DNA from: Candidatus Helarchaeota archaeon
GTDB taxonomy: Archaea > Asgardarchaeota > Lokiarchaeia > Helarchaeales > RDOG01
Assembly (NCBI GenBank): GCA_019058315.1
Contig: JAHPZH010000003.1
Span: forward strand, 105,669 to 169,668
Direction: 5' to 3'
Length of the DNA: 64,000 nt
Part shown: one piece after another, positions 1 to 9,731 of the stretch
Position numbering within the stretch: position 1 is the first letter of the stretch
How the letters are laid out: each line of letters begins with the position of its first letter
Position numbers and translations under genes: made by a program
Notes under the pieces: model-generated
Seen by the model: only the letters and a program-made list of their open reading frames with translations
Databases searched by the model: none
What the model was told of the DNA's origin: nothing

Positions 1-1
1 A

Positions 2-286
2 ATAAATGCTCAACGAAAATTAAGCTTGTTGACAGGTAAGTATGCAATATATAAAGGACTTCAAACTTTAGAAATCTTGCTTGAAAACGGTATTCTTTTC
101 TTAAAAATCAAATACCCATTAACATCCAAACCGTTAATTGTGTCCCTTGCTTGTGAAAATCTTGAAGAACTAAAATTTTATGTGCCTTTTGCAATTCCCA
201 ATCAAAAAATCAACGTCCAATTCTTAATTGATAAAAAAGGAAAAGTTCACTTATTAATAGATCGATATTATTTCCATAAATTATAA
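2..286 (+). CDS. 3' end of a probable Pab87-like serine peptidase (beta-lactamase fold); C-terminal oligomerisation domain; gene begins before the window
   Basis: Frame is open from position 2. LTGKYAIYKG...VQFLID...LLIDRYYFHK resembles the C-terminal domain of archaeal Pab87-type peptidases. The catalytic part is not visible. Confidence 0.5.
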   Translation: MNAQRKLSLLTGKYAIYKGLQTLEILLENGILFLKIKYPLTSKPLIVSLACENLEELKFYVPFAIPNQKINVQFLIDKKGKVHLLIDRYYFHKL

Positions 287-302
287 GATATATATTCCTT
301 AA

Positions 303-797
303 TTAAATTCCAACGATTGAACTTCTTCTTTCCATTAACACAACATCTCTCCATTTACCATTTAATTGACCGATTCGTTCTCTTATGCCCACTTCTTTAA
401 ATCCACAAGCTTTATGAAGTGATATGCTCGCAATATTTTCAGGAAATATTTTTGCTTGCAATGTCCATATACCATTCTTTTCAGATTCTTTAATAACAGA
501 TTTTAGAAGACTCTTTCCTATACCTTTACCTCTTGCAGAAGATGTTAAATATATACTTACTTCCGCAACACCAGTATAAGCACACACACCTGAGAATGGA
601 CTTAAAGCAGCCCAACCTATAACTTTATTATTACTTTTTACAACCAAGCGACAATTTTTTAAATGGTTTCTATCCCATTCCTCCCAACTTGGACACTCAG
701 TTATAAATGTGGCATTTCCAGTCGCGATACCCTCATTGAAAATCGATTTAACCGAAGACCAGTCGTCATTTTCCATCTTTTGAATTTTAAAATTCAT
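303..797 (-). CDS. GNAT N-acetyltransferase, phosphinothricin/methionine-sulfoximine acetyltransferase family
   Basis: IFNEGIATGNATF, EVSIY, acetyl-CoA motif ARGKGIGK, IFPENIASISLHKACGF, GKWRDVVLMER. Confidence 0.9.
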   Translation of the reverse strand: MNFKIQKMENDDWSSVKSIFNEGIATGNATFITECPSWEEWDRNHLKNCRLVVKSNNKVIGWAALSPFSGVCAYTGVAEVSIYLTSSARGKGIGKSLLKSVIKESEKNGIWTLQAKIFPENIASISLHKACGFKEVGIRERIGQLNGKWRDVVLMERRSSIVGI

Positions 798-836
798 AAT
801 ATAACCTTATGGAGGGAATAAAAAATGTAGAATTCA

Positions 837-2354
837 TTAAATTTCAAAATCAATCTCTGCAACAGGTGCAGCTGCAGTAGATATACCTTCTGCTGTTTTA
901 TACTCTTCGAGAGTTCTTTTTTCTACCTTTTTAATATATTCTTGTAATTTCCGATCAATATCAGGTGATATTTCAGGAGGTACATATGATTTAATTATGT
1001 CATCAATTTTTTCTTTAGCGATTGCAATTAAATCCCGAGAACCTTCTTTACGCCATCTACTTCGACGCTTGCGATCCAATAATTTAGGTATATATAATTC
1101 TTTTTTCATATGTTTTAATGTGTGCATCTCTCCTAAAAATGAAACACCTTTTTCAGTACTTGTTGCAATCTTCTTAATGACATCCAATGCAAGAGTTTCA
1201 TCATTAACCGTTATGCCATCAAATGCTCTCTTTATTATTCCTACTAATTCATCATCAATCACTAAAAGTTCAAGAGCTTCAGTTAAGGTTGATTCATAAG
1301 TACCAGCACATGTAATATAATTAATTCCTGCTTGTGCAGCTAATAAGAGAGTTTGTAACCGCTCAATTCCATTTTGAATATCTAAACATTTCGAATCTGT
1401 AACTCCACCAACTCCCCGAGATGGAATATTATAAAATCTTGCTAATTGAGCAATTCCTGTAGTAATTAAGCCTGTTTCCAATGCTCCTAAGGCGGTATTT
1501 CCTGAACGCATATCGGTTGCACATGAGACAGTTCCAAAAAATACCGGGCTTTTTGGATCATATATTTGCGCTAAAATGATTCCACCAATAATTTCAGCAT
1601 TGGTTTGTACTAATAATCCTGCTAATGTTACAGGTGCAGTACTACCTGCAAGAGCTTCTGGTGCAATAATTGTAGGTTGTTTATATTTAGCAAAGACTTG
1701 AAGACCATTTGTCATTATTTGAGGAAGTTGTAACGGACTAGTTGGATTCACAAATCCTACAAGTCTAGGTTTCTTTATAAGTTCCTCATCATCACCTACA
1801 ATTATAGATACCATATTCATCATATCTTGACTCGCAACCTTTCCATAACATCCCAAACCATATGGTTTGCGAGTATTTTTTGACCATTGATAAATACATT
1901 GAGCGTGGATTGAGGTAAATTGAACATCATTTGGCCATACATCCACATGAGAACAATTGATATGCTTCAAAGAATCAACTACTCGAATTTGTTGAATTGT
2001 ATCTGCTAGAACTGTTTTTCTAACTTTGGTTTTCTTTGAAGGATCGTAAATTTTCACTGGCGTTCCTATTGTAGCAAATTGAGTAGTTTTGGTATTTACT
2101 TCAAAATTAAAAGATCCATCAGGACCATGTAATTTGAATGAATTTGGAACTAATTTTAACTGTTCCTTAATGAATGATTCAGAAAATTTTACAAAAGAGG
2201 ATTTTTCATCAGTTTCTGCACCCTTTTTTTGAAGTAATTTACGAGTTTTAGGATCTTCAATTTGAATACCAACAGTTTCAAGTAATGACATAGTTGAATT
2301 GTGGATTGTGTTAATCTCATCCTTAGAAAGAACTTCAATTTTTTTCAATCTCAT
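837..2354 (-). CDS. mttB: Trimethylamine methyltransferase (MttB) superfamily protein, non-pyrrolysine type
   Basis: PTSPLQL, GSTAPVTLAGLLVQTNAE, DMRSG, TDSKCLDIQNGIE, ELLVIDDE motifs; no in-frame TAG; adjacent corrinoid protein. Confidence 0.9.
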   Translation of the reverse strand: MRLKKIEVLSKDEINTIHNSTMSLLETVGIQIEDPKTRKLLQKKGAETDEKSSFVKFSESFIKEQLKLVPNSFKLHGPDGSFNFEVNTKTTQFATIGTPVKIYDPSKKTKVRKTVLADTIQQIRVVDSLKHINCSHVDVWPNDVQFTSIHAQCIYQWSKNTRKPYGLGCYGKVASQDMMNMVSIIVGDDEELIKKPRLVGFVNPTSPLQLPQIMTNGLQVFAKYKQPTIIAPEALAGSTAPVTLAGLLVQTNAEIIGGIILAQIYDPKSPVFFGTVSCATDMRSGNTALGALETGLITTGIAQLARFYNIPSRGVGGVTDSKCLDIQNGIERLQTLLLAAQAGINYITCAGTYESTLTEALELLVIDDELVGIIKRAFDGITVNDETLALDVIKKIATSTEKGVSFLGEMHTLKHMKKELYIPKLLDRKRRSRWRKEGSRDLIAIAKEKIDDIIKSYVPPEISPDIDRKLQEYIKKVEKRTLEEYKTAEGISTAAAPVAEIDFEI

Positions 2355-2380
2355 TTAGATATCAACTCTGATATGATCAT

Positions 2381-3046
2381 TTAATCATGAATGTTTAATA
2401 ATTTTTTAGCTAGAGCAACAGCTTCTATGGCGTCATCTGCCCATCCATCTGCACCAATTTGCTTCGCCCACTCTTCGGATGTCGGGCTACCACCTATGAT
2501 TACTTTATATTTTTCTCGAATACCCCTAGATTTTAATTCTTCTATCACTCGACGCTGTTCATCCATAGACATAGTTATAAGAGCTGAAAGACCTATTATT
2601 TGAGCTCCAACTTCTTCTGCCTTGTCTATAAACGCTTGAGCAGTAACGTCCACTCCAATATTAAATACTTCAAATCCGTTAGAAAATAAAAACGATCCAA
2701 CAAGATCTTTCCCAATCGAATGTATATCACCTTCCACAGTCCCAATGATCACTTTCCCCTTTGTTTGTCGTTCACTTTTCCCTAATTTTTTAATAACAGG
2801 ATCGATAATTTCATCCATAGTGACTTTAACAACATTAGAAGCCATAATTAATTCAGGAACGTAATATTCTTCCTTTTCAAACTTAATTCCTATTAATTTC
2901 ATAATATCTCCAATAATCTTAATGATGCTCTCTGGTGTTGCTTCATTACTATCAATGGCTTTTCTACAAAATTCTTTTAATCCATTTTTATCGAAATTTA
3001 AGATTAAATCTTTAATTCTTTCGTCAATCGACATTGCTCTATTCAC
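2381..3046 (-). CDS. Methyltransferase cognate corrinoid (B12-binding) protein
   Basis: GTVEGDIHSIGK (DxHxxG), IGLSALIT, KVIIGGSP, IGADGWADDA; N-terminal cap domain YYVPELIMAS. ATG at 3034 is an alternative start. Confidence 0.93.
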   Translation of the reverse strand: MNRAMSIDERIKDLILNFDKNGLKEFCRKAIDSNEATPESIIKIIGDIMKLIGIKFEKEEYYVPELIMASNVVKVTMDEIIDPVIKKLGKSERQTKGKVIIGTVEGDIHSIGKDLVGSFLFSNGFEVFNIGVDVTAQAFIDKAEEVGAQIIGLSALITMSMDEQRRVIEELKSRGIREKYKVIIGGSPTSEEWAKQIGADGWADDAIEAVALAKKLLNIHD

Positions 3047-3137
3047 TTTTAGTAGTAATGTGATATAATACTATAAATAACTATTAAATTAAATCTTCGC
3101 TTGAGATTTAATTGAAAAAAAGAAAAATAAGACAATA

Positions 3138-4280
3138 TTAGGCTGGAATTTGTTTTATAACTTTTCCCGGTAATTTTGTTATTATTTGTTCGGCTTGTTG
3201 TACAATTCCATCAATCATTTCTTTTACTGTAGGGATGCTATGGATTCTACCAGTGACTGCGCCGCCCAAGAACGCCGCCTCATCTTCAAGTCCATCCATT
3301 AAATTCGCAAAACCCGACATTTCTACTTTCATTATTTCATTAGTCGAGGGGCATGGTATTCCGCGATATAAATCTGAGGCCCCTTCAATTGTTGCATCAA
3401 TGATTTCGAGAGTTTTGGGATTTCTTACAAATCGCATTGGTCCAAAAACTCCACGACCAACTAATGTATCTTCTTCGGTTCTTTTAACTAGTACTTCTTT
3501 CCATGTTTGATTGAAATCCGATTCCTTGGTGGCAATAAAACGTGTACCCATTTGAATTCCAATTGCTCCTAATGCTAGTGCGGCTGCTAATGATGCACCG
3601 TCTGCAAATCCACCAGCACCAACAACTGGTGTATTAACAGTTCTTACGACTTCAGGAAGAAGAACCATTGAAGAAACATCACGCCAAGAACAGTGTGCTC
3701 CTCCTTCTCTACCAGATGCAATAATTATATCCACTCCAGCTTTTTCGCATCGTTTTGCAGTCTTCACGCTTGGGCAAACATGGCACCAAACAATATCGGG
3801 CAATTCTTCCTTTATTGGAATTCTTGGTTTTTTGGCACCTTTTGCCTTTGCATCAACCGCCCATGGCAAGGGATCACCTGCAGATGTTACTATAACTTTA
3901 AATTTTTTCTGCATCTCCGGTTTTTCTTTCATTAGTTCAATCATGCCTTTAATCAAGCGTCGTGCCGCAAAATCGAAATCAACCGCAACTGGAGTATTCA
4001 TGCCAAATTTCGCATCGGGATGGTCTTTTAGATGGTCATATACGTATTGTATGACTTTTTTTATGATATCTTTGGGACGACCTCTCCCAAAAATTTCCTG
4101 AGCTCTTTCTGGAGTTGCTTGGGTTGCAGTTCCGCCCGCCATTCCTATGGTAGAAACCAAACCTAAACCACCAGCCTTTGCCACGGCGATACTAAGTTCG
4201 GTAGTGCTATAAGGTCCCATTCCGGCTTGTATTATTGGATATTTTGTTCCAATCATTTCTTGAAATTTTGTATAAATCAA
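3138..4280 (-). CDS. Nitronate monooxygenase / FabK-like FMN-dependent oxidoreductase
   Basis: YPIIQAGMG, AGGLG, SGREGGAH, PVVGAGGFADG, ALGAIGIQMGTRFIATKES. Confidence 0.9.
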   Translation of the reverse strand: MIYTKFQEMIGTKYPIIQAGMGPYSTTELSIAVAKAGGLGLVSTIGMAGGTATQATPERAQEIFGRGRPKDIIKKVIQYVYDHLKDHPDAKFGMNTPVAVDFDFAARRLIKGMIELMKEKPEMQKKFKVIVTSAGDPLPWAVDAKAKGAKKPRIPIKEELPDIVWCHVCPSVKTAKRCEKAGVDIIIASGREGGAHCSWRDVSSMVLLPEVVRTVNTPVVGAGGFADGASLAAALALGAIGIQMGTRFIATKESDFNQTWKEVLVKRTEEDTLVGRGVFGPMRFVRNPKTLEIIDATIEGASDLYRGIPCPSTNEIMKVEMSGFANLMDGLEDEAAFLGGAVTGRIHSIPTVKEMIDGIVQQAEQIITKLPGKVIKQIPA

Positions 4281-4592
4281 TAAATTATCTCCTTTTATTC
4301 TAAATTAAGATAACAAAAAGATTTTAAAAAATTATGCCTTTATATATTATCTCAAGTAAGATAATATATTATCTCAAGTAAGATAAGTAAAAAGACAATT
4401 AATCTTAATCTAAGCACTAATACTCATTAATTATTAACAATATATCTTGATAAAACATGCCCATTTAAAATAATTTGTGCAAATTACATGCATATAGATT
4501 AATATGGTGTACATTTAATTATTTAATCTAGAAATAATAATCATTTCTTGAAATTTTGTATAAATCAATTTTTTATCTCCTTTTATCCTAAA
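4251..4592. repeat. ~54 bp imperfect direct repeat (4251-4304 and 4539-4592) covering the RBS and first 10 codons of the NMO-like gene
   Basis: aatcatttcttgaaattttgtataaatcaat...ttatctccttttat(t/c)ctaaa occurs twice, 288 bp apart. Confidence 0.9.
4343..4386. promoter_or_regulatory. Perfect 2x22 bp tandem repeat, each unit with a TTATCT-N6-AGATAA inverted repeat; probable transcription-factor operator
   Basis: tatattatctcaagtaagataa at 4343-4364 and 4365-4386, about 60-105 bp upstream of the NMO-like start. Confidence 0.65.
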
Positions 4593-4617
4593 AGCCCCCC
4601 AAGAAATCTTTAAAAAA

Positions 4618-4851
4618 TTATAGTAGACCTAGCAATAATTGAAGTTCTTCTAAATATAGTTGACGATTTTCCCCTTCTGTAAGTTCAATTGACACCTCTC
4701 CCCCGTAAAATTCGATAACTGCCATTAAATCCCCTTTTTTGTATGTTAAAATTATACTTTTTCCTGCTTTTTTACTATTTACAAAAAAGAATTTCTTTTC
4801 TTTTAAAAACGGTTTAATGATAAGTTTCCAATTTTCACCATTTGTTATCAA
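4618..4851 (-). CDS. Small hypothetical protein
   Basis: 77 aa ORF with protein-like composition filling an intergenic gap; the start is uncertain. Confidence 0.5.
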   Translation of the reverse strand: MITNGENWKLIIKPFLKEKKFFFVNSKKAGKSIILTYKKGDLMAVIEFYGGEVSIELTEGENRQLYLEELQLLLGLL

Positions 4852-5032
4852 AATATCACAAATCCATTAAGAGCCTATTTTATTAATTTGAATTAATTAT
4901 TTTAACCTCTTTAAAGATTTTAAAAAGATTTTTATATTTTTTATCTTAAAATTGATAGAAATCCAAAAAAGATTGACTGTAAATTTATTATTTATATCAT
5001 TTTAACAAAAAATCTGCTAAAAAAAGTTTAGG

Positions 5033-5614
5033 TTGTATTCAAAAATGGGAACTATGTATGAAATTCGATGGCACGGACGTGGTGGACAAGGTGCTATTAC
5101 TGCTGCTGAAATTCTTGCTGAAGCGGCTTATTATTATGAAGATAAATGGAATTGGGTGGCTGTATCTCCTACATTTGGAGCAGAAAGACGTGGTGCACCT
5201 ATTATAGCATCATCTCGAATAGCGGATGAAAAAATCAGAGTCCGTTCTGCAATCACTACACCTGATATTGTAGTTGTCTTAGATGACACCTTATTAGACG
5301 TTGTAGGTGTTACGATGGGGCTTAAATCAAATGGAAAAATTATAATTAATACTCCTAAAAAACCAAATGAACTTAATCTCGAAGGAGACTTCCAAATTGT
5401 CACTGCTGATGCTACAGGGGTCGCTTTGGAGCTTGATTTGAAAGCAGCTGGTTTACTTGTAACTAACACTCCAATATTAGGAGCAGTTGTAAAAGGAACA
5501 GAATTAGTTGCACTTGATGCAGTTCAAAAGATTATTAAAAAGAGATTTCCCGGAAAAAAAGGTGACCTAAACGCCAAAGCAGCCCAATTAACTTATGAAA
5601 GAACACTATTATAA
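5033..5614 (+). CDS. porC: 2-oxoacid (pyruvate/2-ketoisovalerate):ferredoxin oxidoreductase gamma subunit
   Basis: EIRWHGRGGQGAITAA, FGAERRGAP, NTPILGA; first gene of a gamma-delta-alpha-beta operon. Confidence 0.93.
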   Translation: MYSKMGTMYEIRWHGRGGQGAITAAEILAEAAYYYEDKWNWVAVSPTFGAERRGAPIIASSRIADEKIRVRSAITTPDIVVVLDDTLLDVVGVTMGLKSNGKIIINTPKKPNELNLEGDFQIVTADATGVALELDLKAAGLLVTNTPILGAVVKGTELVALDAVQKIIKKRFPGKKGDLNAKAAQLTYERTLL

Positions 5615-5695
5615 TAAAAATTATTTAATCTTTTACGAAAACTTGAAAAACCTTTTATTCAATTTTTCGTTGTTTAGTTAGAATTAATATAGGAT

Positions 5696-5995
5696 TTGAC
5701 TAGTATGGACGAAGAAAGACCGATATCTTCCATGTCTTTTCCAATTGAAGGTGAAGCTGGTAAAACTGGGACATGGAGGACCCATCGACCAATTATTGAT
5801 AAAACTAAATGTACTGCTACCAAACAAAATAAATTGGTTTGTATGTTATGTTGGTTATTTTGCCCCGAAGCTACTATTAGTAAAACTATCCCTCCCAAAA
5901 TAAATTATGAGTATTGCAAAGGGTGTGGTGTTTGTGCAGAAGAATGTCCCACCAAAGCTATTTCCATGGAAGAGGAGGCTAATTTTAAGGAGTAA
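5696..5995 (+). CDS. porD: 2-oxoacid:ferredoxin oxidoreductase delta subunit (2x[4Fe-4S])
   Basis: KTGTWRTHRPIID, CMLCWLFCP, YEYCKGCGVCAEECP. Confidence 0.93.
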   Translation: MTSMDEERPISSMSFPIEGEAGKTGTWRTHRPIIDKTKCTATKQNKLVCMLCWLFCPEATISKTIPPKINYEYCKGCGVCAEECPTKAISMEEEANFKE

Positions 5996-6000
5996 TACTT

Positions 6001-7224
6001 ATGGGTGAGAAGTTATTAGTAACTGGAAATCATGCAGCTGCACATGCATGTAAAGATGCGAGAGTCCAAGTAGTAGCGGCATATCCAATAACCCCACAGA
6101 GTCCTGTTACAGAAAAGATTTCTGAATTTATAGCAGAGAAAAAAATGAAGGCACAATATATTTGTGTTGAATCCGAACATAGTGCAATCAGTGTTTGTAT
6201 TGCAGCTAGTACCACTGGTGCAAGGGTATTTACAGCATCTTCAGCTAATGGATTATGTTTGATGCATGAACAATTACATTGGGCTGCAGGGTCCAGACTA
6301 CCTATCGTTCTCGCAGCAGTTAATCGTGCTCCAGCAGCTCCTTGGAATGTATGGACTGATGAACAAGATTCAATTAGTCAGAGAGATACTGGTTGGATTC
6401 AATTATACTGTGAAGATAACCAAGAAATATATGATACTGTTCTCCAAGCATATAGAATTGCTGAAGATCCAAGGGTATATGCACCAGTGATGGTTTGTTA
6501 TGACGGATATATTCTATCTCATACAATAATGCCAGTCGAAACAATTGATCAAAAACAGATTGATGATTTTTTACCTCCATATAAACCGCATACAATCTTA
6601 GATCCAAAAGATCCTCGTGTTATTAATCTTGTAACCTTCCCATGGATTCGTCATGATGTTGATAAACCAGGAATAGAAAAATTTGGAGCATACCCTGAAA
6701 TAAGATTTGGACTTCAAAAATCATTACTTAATGCAGTAGACGTTATTAAGGAGATAGATGCAGATTTTGGTAGTCGGTTTGGTAGAAATTATGGAATTTA
6801 TAAAGAATATAGGTGTGAAGATGCCGATTTAGTAATAATGGGATTAGGCACACTCATTTGTGAAGCTCAAATTTCTGCAGATATGTTAAGAGAAGAAGGA
6901 TATAAAGTAGGAGTGTTGAGTCTAAAGCTATTTCGTCCTTTTCCAAGACAAGATTTAATTAAATTTGCTTCAAGAGAAAATATCAAGGCATTTGCTGTTT
7001 TTGATAGGAATCTAAGCTATGGCTATGAAGGAGCTTTATGTTCTGATTTTAAAGCCACACTTTTTACTGGTCATATCGATAAACCAGTTCATAATTATGT
7101 TGCTGGAATAGGGGGAAGGGATGTAACTGCCCAACAAATTGTAGATGCAACTAGAAAAAGTTGCAAAGCCCTTGAAAAAAATCAGATTGATAAGGAGTTA
7201 GAATGGATTAATGTCTTTCCTTGA
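6001..7224 (+). CDS. porA: 2-oxoacid:ferredoxin oxidoreductase alpha subunit
   Basis: AAYPITPQ, ESEHSA, GARVFTASSANGL, DGYILSHT, LFRPFP, GIGGRDV. Confidence 0.95.
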   Translation: MGEKLLVTGNHAAAHACKDARVQVVAAYPITPQSPVTEKISEFIAEKKMKAQYICVESEHSAISVCIAASTTGARVFTASSANGLCLMHEQLHWAAGSRLPIVLAAVNRAPAAPWNVWTDEQDSISQRDTGWIQLYCEDNQEIYDTVLQAYRIAEDPRVYAPVMVCYDGYILSHTIMPVETIDQKQIDDFLPPYKPHTILDPKDPRVINLVTFPWIRHDVDKPGIEKFGAYPEIRFGLQKSLLNAVDVIKEIDADFGSRFGRNYGIYKEYRCEDADLVIMGLGTLICEAQISADMLREEGYKVGVLSLKLFRPFPRQDLIKFASRENIKAFAVFDRNLSYGYEGALCSDFKATLFTGHIDKPVHNYVAGIGGRDVTAQQIVDATRKSCKALEKNQIDKELEWINVFP

Positions 7225-7233
7225 GGTGAAAAT

Positions 7234-8148
7234 ATGGCCGAAAAAATAACGATTAAAGATATTCCAGACGAAGAATACATATATCCAGGAACTAGGGCGT
7301 GCTCAGGTTGTGCCTTATCTTTAGCTTATCGACATGCGTTGAAAGCTCTCCATTCAGATGGGGGAGAAATTATTGTAACTGTTCCTGCATCATGTTGTAC
7401 TGTATTACATGGAATGTATCCTGTTACATCAGTTAAATTTCCAATGTTAAATTGTGCATTTGAAACCACTGCGGCTACTGCTTCCGGAATTAAAGCAGCT
7501 CTTAAAGCTCAAGGAAAAGAAGATATAATTGTAGTAGGATGGGCAGGAGACGGAGGTACAGCGGATATAGGGATTCAAGCCCTAAGTGGTGCTGCAGAAC
7601 GTGAAACGGATTTTATTTATGTATGTTATGACAATGAAGCATATCAAAACACTGGAATGCAGAGAAGCTCACAAACTCCATTTAAAGGTTTTACAACTAC
7701 AACACCAATAGGAAAAATGGAACAAAAAAAGAATGTTCCCGCAATAATGGCAGCTCATGGCATCCCTTATGTTGCGACAGCCAATCCAAGTTATCCATTT
7801 GATTTATTTAAAAAATTTAAAAAAGCAAAAGAAATGAAAGGAGCAACTCGTTATATCCATATAATTAGCCCATGTCCACCAGGTTGGGGATTTGATACAA
7901 AAGATCTAATAAAAATTGGAAAATTGGCAACTGAAACAGGGATATTTACCCTCTATGAAATAATTAATGGAGATTTCCAATTAACAGGAGTTAGTAAATT
8001 AATCGCAGAAGGACGAAAAAAACGTTTACCAGTTAAAGAATATATAAAGGCTCAAAGAAGATTTAGATTTCTCACAGAGAAAGATATTGAATTAATTCAG
8101 AAAAATATTGATGAAAAATACAAAGAATATTCTAATAAAATCATGTAA
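7234..8148 (+). CDS. porB: 2-oxoacid:ferredoxin oxidoreductase beta subunit (TPP-binding)
   Basis: ACSGC, GDGGTADIG, YDNEAYQNTGMQRS, SPCPPGW. Confidence 0.95.
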   Translation: MAEKITIKDIPDEEYIYPGTRACSGCALSLAYRHALKALHSDGGEIIVTVPASCCTVLHGMYPVTSVKFPMLNCAFETTAATASGIKAALKAQGKEDIIVVGWAGDGGTADIGIQALSGAAERETDFIYVCYDNEAYQNTGMQRSSQTPFKGFTTTTPIGKMEQKKNVPAIMAAHGIPYVATANPSYPFDLFKKFKKAKEMKGATRYIHIISPCPPGWGFDTKDLIKIGKLATETGIFTLYEIINGDFQLTGVSKLIAEGRKKRLPVKEYIKAQRRFRFLTEKDIELIQKNIDEKYKEYSNKIM

Positions 8149-8313
8149 ATTTTTTGAAAAAATGTAATTTTATTAAAAACTCTATTTTTTTCAACCTAAT
8201 TGAAATTCCTTTTTAAAATTAATTATAGTAAAAACTTATAAAACATATCTATCATGTTTTTTTAATAAGTTCTTAATTTAATAAATATAAAAAGAACTTG
8301 TAAATTAATTGAG

Positions 8314-8556
8314 GTGGTTAGAGAATTGAAACAACCTGAAACAGAGATAACAAACTCGGTATCCTATGATTTGGCAAATGTAGGTAAATTTGTTTTATAT
8401 CTATCGGTAGCTATTTCACTATCTATTACATTAATACTCTGTGGACTAGCTTTAATTAGATTTCTAGATTTCTATAATTCAGATTTAGTAACTTTTAGTC
8501 AAATAGTGGATATATATGCAAAAATTGAAGTATTAAAAATAGCTGGAATAATTTAA
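8314..8556 (+). CDS. Small single-pass membrane protein
   Basis: One hydrophobic segment. GAGGTG SD-like motif suggests a start at TTG 8326. Confidence 0.55.
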   Translation: MVRELKQPETEITNSVSYDLANVGKFVLYLSVAISLSITLILCGLALIRFLDFYNSDLVTFSQIVDIYAKIEVLKIAGII

Positions 8557-8624
8557 GTAAACATTTCATTTTTTTTTTAATTTAAAATATTTATTTTTTA
8601 TACAATTAAAATAATCAAGATACT

Positions 8625-9659
8625 ATGAGTTTTAACATTCAAACAATTCTCTTTGAGCTAACAAAATCATGTAATTTAAATTGCAAACATTGTTACACAA
8701 TTGATTTTGAAAATCATAGAGATTCAATATCAGAAGTTTTATCATTAAATCAAGTAAAGCTCATTTTAAATAGAGTAAAGCAATATAATATTAAAAATAT
8801 CGTTTTATCTGGAGGGGAGCCGTTTCTACGAAAAGATATATTTGAAATTATAGATATTGCAGGAAATTTTGGTTTTGAATCCATAGTAATTAATACTAAT
8901 GGTATTTTATTAAATGATCTAAGAATAATCAATCAAATTAAAACACGATTAGATCTTATTACAGCTATAGTTATTAGTTTTGATGGGGCAACTAGTCAAA
9001 CTCACGATTTTATTAGAGGAAAGGGACAATTTGATAAACTTATAAAAATCTTAGAAAAAATTTATTCTTACGATCTCCCTTTAGGACTAAATGTCACCAT
9101 TGGAAATTGGAATTTCCATGAATTGAATGATTTTTTTAATATTTATGATAAATTTAATGCGTTTTATATGAATTTTGGGTTGTTTATCCCTATTGGAAAT
9201 GGAATAAAAATCAAAGAACAAATATTATCTCCAAAAAAAATTGCAGAATTGATTCATATGACAGCAGAAAAAAGATTAACTGGTTATAATGTCGATCTTT
9301 GTTCTTTCCCTTATTCCAAGTTAATAAATAAAGATATTTCAGGATATTGTTGTAATATTTTTACGGATTTTATTACAGTTACAGCTCAAGGGAATGTTAT
9401 TCCTTGCATAATGTATGATTTTAATTGCGGTTCTTTACTAGAACCAGATATAAATATCAAAGAAATTCTAAATCATCCATTAGCTCAAACATTTCGTGAT
9501 CCATCCAAATTAAAGAAAAAAATGAAAGGTAAATGCACAGATTGTTCTGAATTTAATACTTGCAAGGGTGGTTGTAAATTATTAGCCTTATCATTAAAAA
9601 ATGATATGTTTGAATCAGATCCACTATGTCCTATAAAATATTTGCTAAATTTGGAATAA
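8625..9659 (+). CDS. Radical SAM/SPASM domain protein (PqqE/NirJ/Ahb-like)
   Basis: CNLNCKHC, LSGGEP, INTNG, SFDG...HDFIRG; SPASM cysteines CCN...GNVIPC...CTDC...CKGGC...DPLCP. Confidence 0.9.
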   Translation: MSFNIQTILFELTKSCNLNCKHCYTIDFENHRDSISEVLSLNQVKLILNRVKQYNIKNIVLSGGEPFLRKDIFEIIDIAGNFGFESIVINTNGILLNDLRIINQIKTRLDLITAIVISFDGATSQTHDFIRGKGQFDKLIKILEKIYSYDLPLGLNVTIGNWNFHELNDFFNIYDKFNAFYMNFGLFIPIGNGIKIKEQILSPKKIAELIHMTAEKRLTGYNVDLCSFPYSKLINKDISGYCCNIFTDFITVTAQGNVIPCIMYDFNCGSLLEPDINIKEILNHPLAQTFRDPSKLKKKMKGKCTDCSEFNTCKGGCKLLALSLKNDMFESDPLCPIKYLLNLE

Positions 9660-9731
9660 TAATGCTTACAGAAATAAGAAAATATAACATTATGATATTC
9701 TTAAAAAAAAAAATGTTAAAATTAATTTTTT

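Noticed and set aside
837-2354. Possible pyrrolysine or selenocysteine recoding
   Set aside because: MttB has no in-frame TAG, and the TGA-ending genes I examined (porA, the FAD oxidoreductase) are already full length for their families
4343-4386. Tandem 22-mer as a CRISPR remnant
   Set aside because: No spacer between the copies, only two units, and no cas genes in the window
8314-9659. Small ORF plus radical SAM/SPASM enzyme as a RiPP system
   Set aside because: The small ORF looks like a TM protein without a leader/core pattern, and there is no RRE/PqqD domain, protease or exporter nearby
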